From NCBI GenBank assembly GCA_964016885.1, contig CAXHJY010000702.1, positions 124,001 through 188,000 of the forward strand: DNA of 64,000 nt, read 5' to 3'. This DNA comes from Eledone cirrhosa. Lineage: Eukaryota. The notes beneath the pieces are model-generated. The model was not told the DNA's origin. It saw only the letters and a program-made list of their open reading frames with translations, and searched no databases. Below are positions 54,323 through 64,000 of this stretch, piece by piece. A program made the position numbers and the translations under genes. Every line of letters begins with the position of its first letter. Within the stretch, counting starts at the first letter, position 1.

Positions 54323-57300
54323 ATCATCATCATCATCATCGTTTAACGTCCATGTTCCACGCTTGCATGGGTTTGGACGGGGGTTTTCCCACTTGAGGCA
54401 AGAGTGGTTGTCTTGCTCGCATAGGACAGTCTGGCGGGTTTTCTACAGCTGGATGCCCTTCCTAACACCAACCACATTTACCGTGTGGGGCTGGGAGGTT
54501 TTTACCATGTGGCCTACACGGCCACATTACAGCGTGGACTGTGTTTTTTTGTCGTGACACCTACACAATCTCATTTGTTTCGGCCTGGATGTTGTGGCAC
54601 CAACATAACTTTACATTCAAAGGCGCGGTGTGGATGGGGTTGGGGTGGTGGGACGGGGTGTATTTTGTTAGAGATGCCTACTGACTGTAGTAGGTTTTAC
54701 TTTGTAAGGCAGGTCTTCTCTATTACTGAGTGGACTGTGTGTTTTTTTGTCGTGACACCTACACGATCTCATTTGTTTCGGCCTGGATGTTGTGGCACCA
54801 ACATAACTTTACATAGAACGGGGTGGTGTGGATGGGGTGGGGGTGGTGGGACGGGGTGTATTTTGTTAGAGATGCCTACTGGCTGTAGTAGGTTTTACTA
54901 TGTATTTAGGTAAGGCAGGTCTTCTCTGTTACTGACTACCGCCAAAGGTCTCGGTCCAGTGACATTGTCTTGGAGAGGTGTAAGTGTGTGAGGTCGGAGT
55001 TTATCAGCTCGTTCCAGGTTTTTCTAGGTCTGCCTATTCCGTGGCTACCGTCTATCTTTATTGCCCTGCACTTTGTTATACAGCTATCGACTTTCATGCG
55101 CATCACGTGTCCATACCAACGTAGCCTTCTCTCGAGTAAACATCATCTGATCCCTCTTATTTCTAATTTTTTCCTTAGTTTGTTTATGCTTTGCCGTTCA
55201 CGTATATTACTGTTACACATCCAGCGGAGCATGAAAGCTTCGTTCCTCTCTAGTCTGCGTATATCCTCTGCACACAATGCCCAGGTCTCACTGCCATGCA
55301 ACATTGCTGTTCGTATGCAGGCATCGTACAACCTGCCTTTCATTTTTAGGGAGAACCCTTTAGCAGCTAATAGTGGTATAAGCTCTCTGAACTTTTTCCA
55401 ACCAGTTCTGACTCTAGCTACTGTACTTTCAGAGCACCCTCCCCCACTGCTGATTTTATCGCCCAGGTAATGGAAGCTGTCCACTATTTCTATAGAACCC
55501 TCTGCGCAATTGAAAGAGCTAGTATTTTGTGGGCACTTGCTGCTACTTATTGCACCAGAGCACCGGCCACATGTAAAATCTATGTTCTTAGTTAGCTTAC
55601 CTGTGATCCCACTACATCTTTTATGCACCCATACTTTGCATTTAGGACATAAAATGGAGTTTCTACCTACGCCTTTCCTACACACCGAGCACGACTATTT
55701 CCCAGAAGGGACCGCCGCCTTATTTTCTTTCCTACAAACTAGAACTTTAGTCTTAGCCAGGTTAATTTTAAGTCCTTTTGATTCTAGGCCGTGCTTCCAT
55801 GCTTGGAATTTCTTCTCTAGCTCGGCCATTGATTCCGCTATGAGTGTCAGGTCGTCTGCGTATAGGATTTCCCATGGGCAGCCGGTCTTGAACTCCTCTG
55901 TTATAGCCTGAGGGGCAATAATAAATAGTAGGGGGCTGAGAACAGATCCCTGATGGACGCCAACTTTTACGCTAAACTCTTCACTATATTCGTTAATTCT
56001 AACCTTGCTGACTGTTTCTTTATACATGGCTTGTATAGCTCTCACAAGCCATTCGTCAACGCCTAGTTTTCTAAGAGCCCACCAGATAATGGAGCGGGGG
56101 ACTCTGTCGAAGGCTTTCTCCAAGTCGACAAAAGCTAAGTAGAGGGGTTTACCTTTAGCTAGGTACTTCTCCTGTAGTTGTCGTACGATGAAAAGAGCGT
56201 CTGTGGTACTTTTGCCTGACACAAACCCGAACTGCATTTCATCTAGGTCAATTCTCTCTCTGATTAGTTGCGCTATTACTTTTTCCGTGACCTTCATGAC
56301 CTGGTCGATTAATTTAATGCCTCTATAGTTACTCCTATCTAGGGCGTCTCCTTTACCCTTATAACAGTTAACGATGATGCTGCTATGCCAGTCCTTCGGA
56401 ACAACCCCATTCTCTACGACTTGGTTAACTATGCGGGTGACCACGGTGTGTCCCACCGTGCCAGATGCCTTCAGCATCTCAGCAACTATTTCCGAAGGCC
56501 CAGCCGCCTTACCCGTCTTCATATCCTTGATTGCCTTACTTATTATACTCCCCTCGACTAACACTGCTGGTCCCTCTATTGGGTCGATATGGGGGAGACT
56601 GTCTTTCTCCCATTTATTCTCCTCATTTAGTAGCCTTTCATAGTGACACTTCCAAGCTACCTTCTTATCAGCGTCGGTGATGGCAAGTATGCCATCATCG
56701 TTAAGTACACACTTCTCCCCGACAATATCACGGTTTTCCTTGACGCATTGCCTAGCAATCCTGAACACATCACGTTTTTGGTCCTCGCGTTGTAGAACAT
56801 GCTTGAACTTTCTTTCCTCAGCTTCCCTTCTTGCTAAGTACACTTGTCTCCTAGCTTCCCTCCTGGCCACTTGATAGTCTTCTCTACTTCCCCCATCCCG
56901 CCATACTTTCCAAGCCTGCTTTTTGGCCTTAATTGACCCCTCCACCTTACTGTTCCACCACCATGTTACTCTCCTCCTGCCTACAGGCCTGCTCCAGCCA
57001 CAGACTTCGTCTGTCGCCATCAGCAGGTTTGCTTTCAGAAATTCCCAGTCCCTCTATATTGTCCGACTCTAAATGTTCTTCCTTACTGTCAAAAGCATCA
57101 AGTAATATGCTTTGAAATTTATTTCTGGCTGTGGGGTCCTTTAGCTTCCATATTTTTCTCCTGAGGATAGTCCTCTTCTCCTGTCGAGTACGTCTCGTCC
57201 TGACTATGAGGTCGCTAATTATCAGTCTATGTTGGGAGGTGCATTCTTCATGGGGGAGGGATTTAGTGTTTACAACAGACACTCTCTCACGTCTTCTGGT

Positions 57301-57542
57301 AAGGATATAATCTACCTGGCTTGTGTGTTCCCCGGATCTATAGGTGATCAGGTGATTGTCACGTTTTTTGAAGTTAGTGTTACAGATAGTTAGGTTATTT
57401 GCATCACAGAATTCCAGGATTCTGGAGCCTTCCTCATTTCTAGTACCAAACCCATAGCCTCCATGGATTTCGTCGTAGCCGTCACAATGTTGTCCAACGT
57501 GACCATTTAGGTCGCCTGCAATAATTATATAGTCACTGTCGG
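54323..57542 (-). mobile_element. RTE LINE, longest copy, 5'-truncated within EN, with partly duplicated 3' UTR
   Basis: ORFs 55695-57020 and 55143-55685; stops and frameshifts; both ends at TA. Confidence 0.95.
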
Positions 57543-57588
57543 ATATATATACATATATTTATATACATATATATATATATATATAAGT

Positions 57589-57635
<47 letters not shown>

Positions 57636-57637
57636 TG

Positions 57638-57677
<40 letters not shown>

Positions 57678-57679
57678 TG

Positions 57680-57763
<84 letters not shown>

Positions 57764-57764
57764 A

Positions 57765-57820
<56 letters not shown>

Positions 57821-57970
57821 GTATATATATATGTATATGTATATATATGTATATATATATGTATATATATATATGTATATGTATATATATATGTATATGT
57901 ATATATATATGTATATATATATATGTATATATATATGTATATGTATATATATATGTATATATATATGTAT

Positions 57971-59222
57971 ATCATCATCATCATCATCATCATCAACGTT
58001 TAACGTCCGTGTTCCACGCTTGCATGAGTTTGGACGGGGGTTTTCCCACTTGAGGCAAGAGTGATTGTCTTGCTCGCATAGGACTGTCTGGCAGGTTTTC
58101 TACAGTTGGATGCCCTTCCTAACACCAACCACATTTACAGTGTGGGTCTGGGAGGTTTTTACCGTGTTGCCTACACGGCCACATTACAGCGTGGACTGTG
58201 TGTTTTTTTGTCGTGACACCTACACGATCTCATTTGTTTCGGCCTGGATGGTGTGGCACCAACATAACTTTACATAGAAGGGGCGCTGTGGATGGGGTGG
58301 GGGTGGTGGGACGGGGGTGTATTTTGTTAGAGATACCTACTGACTGTAGTAGGTTTTCCTATGTATTTAGGTAAGGCGGGTCTTCTCTATTACTGAGTAC
58401 CGCCAAAGGTCTCGGTCCAGTGACGTTGTCTTGGTGAGGTGTAAGTGTGTGAGGTCGGAGTTTATCAGCTCGTCCCAGGTTTTTCTGGGTCTGCCTATTC
58501 CGTGGCTACCATCTATCTTTATTGCCCTGCACTTTGTTATACAGCTATCGTCCTTCATGCGCATCACGTGACCATACCAACGTAGCCTTCTCTCGAGTAA
58601 ACAACATCTGATCCCTCTTATTTCTAATTTTTTCCTTACTTCGTTTATGCTTTGTCGTTCACGTATATTATTATTACACATCCAGCGGAGCATGCAAGCT
58701 TCGTTTCTCTCTAGTCTGCGTATATCCTCTGCACACAATGCCCAGGTCTCACTGCCATGCAACATTGCTGTTCGTATGCAGGCATCGTACAGCCTGCCTC
58801 TCATTTTTAGGGAGAACCCTTTAGCGGCTAATAGTGGTATAAGCTCTCTGAACTTTTTCCACCCAGTTCTGACTCAAGCTACTGTACTTTCAGAGCACCC
58901 TCCCCCACTGCTGATTTTGTCACCCAGGTAACGGAAGCTGTCCACTATTTCTATAGAACCCTCTGCGCAGTTGAAAGTGCTAGTATTTTGTGGGCACTTG
59001 CTGCTACTTATTGCCCCAGAACACCGGCCACATGTAAAATCTATGTTCTTAGTTAGCTTACCTGTGATCCCACTACATCTTTTATGCACCCATACTTTGC
59101 ATTTAGGACATAAAATGGAGTTTCTACCTACGCCTTTCCTACACACCGAGCACGACCATTTCCCAGAAGGGACCGCCGCCTTATTTTCTTTCCTACAAAC
59201 TAGAACTTTAGTCTTAGCCAGG
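57971..59222 (-). mobile_element. RTE LINE, 5'-truncated
   Basis: PHD and C-terminal ORFs, (ATC)n tail, TA flanks. Confidence 0.95.
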
Positions 59223-59246
59223 CATATATATATGTATATATATGTG

Positions 59247-59313
<67 letters not shown>

Positions 59314-59336
59314 ATATATATATGTATATATATGTG

Positions 59337-59367
<31 letters not shown>

Positions 59368-59472
59368 GTGTGTATATATATATAGGTATATATGTATATA
59401 TATGTATATATATATATATATGTGTGTATATATATAGGTATATATGTATATATATATATATATATGTGTGTG

Positions 59473-59504
<32 letters not shown>

Positions 59505-59526
59505 TATGTGTATATATATATATATA

Positions 59527-59579
<53 letters not shown>

Positions 59580-59667
59580 ATATATATGTATATATATATA
59601 TATATGTGTATATATATGTATATATATATATATATATATATGTGTATATATATATATATATGTATAT

Positions 59668-60030
59668 ATCATCATCATCATCGTTTAACGTTCATATTCC
59701 ACGCTTGCATGGCTTTGGACGGGAGTTTTCCCACTTGAGGCAAGTGTGGCTGTCTTGCTAGCATAGGACTGTCTGGCGTGTTTTCTACGGCTGGATGCCC
59801 TTCCTAACAGCAACCACATTTACAGTGTGGAACTGGGAGGTTTTTACCGTGTTACCTACACGGCCACATTACAGCGTGGACTCTGTTTTTTTTGTCGTGA
59901 CACCTACACGACCTCATTTGTTTCGGCCTGGATGTTGTGGTACCAACATAACTTTACATTGAAATGGGTGGTGTGGATGGGGTAGGGGTAGTTGGACGGG
60001 GGTGTATTTTGTTAGAGGTGCCTACTGACT
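59668..60030 (-). mobile_element. RTE 3' UTR-only copy
   Basis: Matches the RTE 3' UTR; TA flanks. Confidence 0.9.
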
Positions 60031-60083
60031 AGATATATATATGTATATATATATATATATATTATATATGTATATATATGTAT

Positions 60084-61424
60084 ATAACTTTGAATAATTT
60101 TGAAATGTTTTGGCCAGTATTGGCCCAGGCCATGTCTAACTTAATAGCACCACCTGGCAAAGTCTTTCAATTCAGGATTTGGGCACCATGGCTCATTTGA
60201 GAAGAGAATTACTGTTTGTGGAGACATATCCGGGTGTGGGTGGTTTGTCCGGGATTACTTGGAGGAATTTGTCCAAAGTCTTCTTGTATTTTGTCTGGTC
60301 AGTTTCTGTTTTGACGTGTCCTGGTGTGATGTTGAAGAGAGCAGGGCCAATTGAGGTGAAATAATTGTGCCGTATGTTGTTATGAGTTGCGATTTATATT
60401 TTTGTTTGGGACGGATAGCACGGGGCCCAAGCCTTGGGTGTATTTTGAAGGTGATGCCAACATCATTTGGGCAGTGCTGATGGAACATTTTCCACATGAT
60501 GCAGATAATATAATGCTCACGGCGACGTTGGAGTGAGTAAAGTTTCAGCTTTTCTAGTCGACTCCTGTAGTCAAGGTCTGACATGCCATCTATCTTTTTC
60601 GTGATTGCCCTTTGGGGAGCTTCAAGTTTCATGATACTTTGTTTCGTGTGGGGAGACCACAGTGGACACCAGTATTCAAGGTGTGGTCGGGCAAAAGTGG
60701 AGAAGAGAAGGATAATGGTGTGGGAATCTCTCGAATGGAAGGTTCTGAGGATCCAGGAACACATTCTGCGGGCCATGTCAACTTTGCTGCTTATATCCGT
60801 GGCCCAGCTTATGTTGCTGTCCACGGTTACTCCCAAGTCTCTGATGTTGTTAGATGCCACGAGAGTTTCACCGGAGGGAAGGGAGTACGGGAGTTTCAGA
60901 GCATCCTCTTTTCCAAAGTGGATCAGTTCGAATTTGTCTTTGTTCAGTAACATGTTGTTCTTTTCCGCCCATTGGGTAACAGCCAGTAGGTCTGACTGAA
61001 GGCTTATCCGGTCATCCACGCCATTGATGACCTTTTCGAGCTTGGAATCATCAGCGAAAATTCTAATGTTGCTGTGTTTGATGATGTCAGTGACGTCATT
61101 AATATAGATGATGAAGAGAAGTGGGCCCAACACAGTGCTTTGTGGGACCCCACTACTGACTTTGGCTGGGATGGATTTGACTCCATCGACTACAACATGT
61201 TGGGTTCTGTTTGACAGGAAGCTCTTGATCCACTGCAGCAGCTTTCCAGTGACACCAATATTGGACAGCTTTCTGAGTAGAATGTTGTGATCAACCCTGT
61301 CAAAGGCCTTGCTGAAATCAAGGTAGATAACATCAGTGTTGGAACCCTCTCCCAAGGCTCTCAAAATGTCATCAAAGTGATGCAGTAGCTGCGTCAGGTA
61401 ATCTCTTCCATTACGGAATCCATG
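60084..61424 (-). mobile_element. 5'-truncated copy of the CR1-group LINE at 10164-15168
   Basis: High identity to 10164-11512; frameshift near the C-terminus; TA on both sides. Confidence 0.95.
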
Positions 61425-61574
61425 TATGTATATATATGTATATATATATGTATATATATATGTATATATATATGTATATATATATGTATATGTATATATA
61501 TATATATGTATGTATGTATGTATATATATATGTATGTATATATATGTATATATATATATATATATTATTTATAT

Positions 61575-62234
61575 ATATAAACAAGGTTTAGTAAATAATG
61601 AAAAAGTTTCAAAATAAATTTTTAAAAATTGACTTTACCTACTATAGTTACCTTTACCGATCGGTTTCAAATCCCAAAAATAAAACGGAGACCATACGGC
61701 CTTCGTTGCAAAGAAAGATTCTCGTCAGAAGGTTCTTTTCATTCAAAGAATATAAAATTCCTGAATTTAAATCACAAACTAGCGCTATCAAAAACTGTTC
61801 CTGGGATGAGAGTGGATGATGTAGAACAGGTTTATCAAGGGCCGTAGCAAAGATAGAGGCAAAAGGAGGTAGGTCAAACTAGCCACCGCTATTGCTAGCA
61901 GCACTCGGAATGACCCGGTTTGTTCTCAACGTTAGTGGAGGTAGTAGTAATATGAAATACGTCCCTTCACGCACAAGGCGCCAAGGTACGCATGTATTGT
62001 CCAACCAAGTGCCAATGTGGTTTGGGATTTGAAACCGATCGGTAAAGGTAACTATAGTAGGTAAAGTCAATTTTTAAAAATTTATTTTGAAACTTTTTCA
62101 TTATTTACTAAACCTTGTTTATATTTGTTCTGGCTCGTTAATTTATTAACCCGCCATTGAACCACATTGGCACTTGGTTGGACAATGCATGCGTACCTTG
62201 GCGCCTTGTGCGTGAAGGGACGTATTTCATATTA
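61575..62234. mobile_element. TA-flanked PLE-like element with two interlocking inverted repeats
   Basis: 61575-61678 / 62021-62124 and 61948-62022 / 62160-62234. Confidence 0.8.
61650..61733 (-). ncRNA. Type I hammerhead ribozyme with enlarged stem II
   Basis: acctt CTGACGA gaatctt...gggattt GAAA CCGATCGG TA aaggt. Confidence 0.8.
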
Positions 62235-62287
62235 TTATTTATATATATGTAGATATATGTATATATGTATATATATGTATATATATG

Positions 62288-62350
<63 letters not shown>

Positions 62351-63128
62351 GTATATATATGTATATATGTATATATACGTATATATATATGTATATATAT
62401 GTATATATATGTATATATGTATATATATGTATATATATGTATATATATGTATATATATGTATATATATGTATGTATATATGTGTATATATGTATATATAT
62501 GTATGTATATATGTATATATATATGTATATATATATATATATATATGTGTATATATATGTGTAGGAGGTGAGTTTTATTGTAGTACAATAAAGCAATGCA
62601 GATATCCCTTTCATCTAACTCATCTCAATATTTCCTTACTTAAATAACCTGTTATTCCTTTTAATAATACATATCAACATTTTCTTAACATCGCACATAT
62701 TATTAAACCTTAAATATTATTATTCTCAATACATATTAACATTTTCTTATTCATCGCACATATTATCAAACCCCTCAATATACAAACCTTAACTTTACAT
62801 TATTTTTCTCTTCGTTAATTTTCAAATTCTTTTAATTTATACATTATCTTCCAACAGTTTTCAACCTCTCTATGTAAAACAATATATCTTTCTCAGTTAT
62901 AAAAGCTATCTCTCTCTCTCTATCACCCATCTCTCCTCCTATCTCATCCTTCCTCATTATACTCCTCCCTCTCCACTTTTTACTCTCATCTCCTCCTCTT
63001 TTTCACCCCCCCCTCTAAATAAAATATTTTTCCCAATATCACACATCAATCTAAAACTACTTTTCATATGTTGATTTAAAACTGAACTATCCACAAGTGT
63101 TTTTTAACCTTCATATCATATCTTCCTG

Positions 63129-63193
63129 TTTTATCTGATGAAAACAAATATTATTGCATGATGATATTTGTTTTTGAAATGCGCATAATAAAA
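63129..63193 (+). ncRNA. Type I hammerhead ribozyme
   Basis: ttttat CTGATGA aaacaaatattat...atgatatttgttttt GAAA TGCGCA TA ataaaa. Confidence 0.88.
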
Positions 63194-63273
63194 TACATGG
63201 AACGCTTTTAACCATCTTTTGTTCTTATATATTATGTATATATATATGTATATATATATATATATGTATATAC

Positions 63274-63345
<72 letters not shown>

Positions 63346-63499
63346 GTAGGAGGTGAGTTTTATTGTAGTACAATAAAGCAATGCAGATATCGGATAAGAA
63401 GCACTCTACAGTTTGTAGGACTGGAGTATACTTTTCATATGTTGATTTAAAACTGCACTATCCACAAGTGTTTTTTAGCCTTCATATCATGTTCTCCTG

Positions 63500-63567
63500 T
63501 TTTATCTGATGAAAACACAAATATTATTGCATGATGATGTTTTATTTTTGAAATGCGCATAATAAAA
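63500..63567 (+). ncRNA. Type I hammerhead ribozyme, second tandem copy
   Basis: Same core, stem I and stem III; stem II is slightly diverged. Confidence 0.8.
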
Positions 63568-63607
63568 TACATGGAACTCCTTTAACCATCTTTTTATCTT
63601 ATATATG

Positions 63608-63638
<31 letters not shown>

Positions 63639-63645
63639 GTATATA

Positions 63646-63699
<54 letters not shown>

Positions 63700-63707
63700 T
63701 ATATCTG

Positions 63708-63738
<31 letters not shown>

Positions 63739-63825
63739 GTATATATTATCAAGAAAACGAAAAATCAGTGATGTATCTTTACTTAGTTTATTTCGTGTTA
63801 CCAATGTTTCGCCGGCATGTACATT

Positions 63826-63877
<52 letters not shown>

Positions 63878-64000
63878 AATGTGTAGGGAATGTTTATGTA
63901 CGTATGTGTTCGTATGTGTGTGTGGACATGTGAGTTTAAGTTTGTGTATATATGTGTGTCTATGTATGTATGTGTGTGTATATATATATGTATATATATA

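Larger units (their letters stand above)
62561..63600 (+). mobile_element. Partial tandem hammerhead element (A-long-B / TA / A-short-B)
   Basis: Block A at 62561 and 63346; block B at 63059-63228 and 63430-63600. Confidence 0.8.

Overview
This is AT-rich eukaryotic non-coding DNA. The SINE and MITE families and the very long (TA)n tracts suggest an octopod cephalopod, which is an inference from recognised repeat motifs. No confident host gene is present; there is one plausible 90-bp exon. Almost all ORFs in the track are microsatellite artefacts. The window is a nest of mobile elements concentrated in (TA)n tracts. (1) One apparently intact ~5-kb CR1-group LINE (10164-15168, minus) has an unusual ORF1 (Myb/SANT-like N-terminus, polyQ, two CCCH fingers). 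Its ORF2 has no ATG upstream of the endonuclease motifs and overlaps ORF1 in the -1 frame at canonical slippery heptamers. (2) About ten copies of a young PHD-containing RTE LINE with (GAT)n tails, plus SINEs and bipartite derivatives with RTE-type ends. (3) At least seven unrelated short non-coding elements carry type I hammerhead ribozyme motifs of the Penelope-like (PLE) kind. They occur as outward-facing inverted pairs or tandem HHR-to-HHR units inside (TA)n, and a decayed PLE GIY-YIG endonuclease lies nearby. (4) A Helitron, piggyBac-like MITEs, and Tc1 and CR1 fossils. A split, permuted RTE/CR1 chimera suggests a 16-kb rearrangement.
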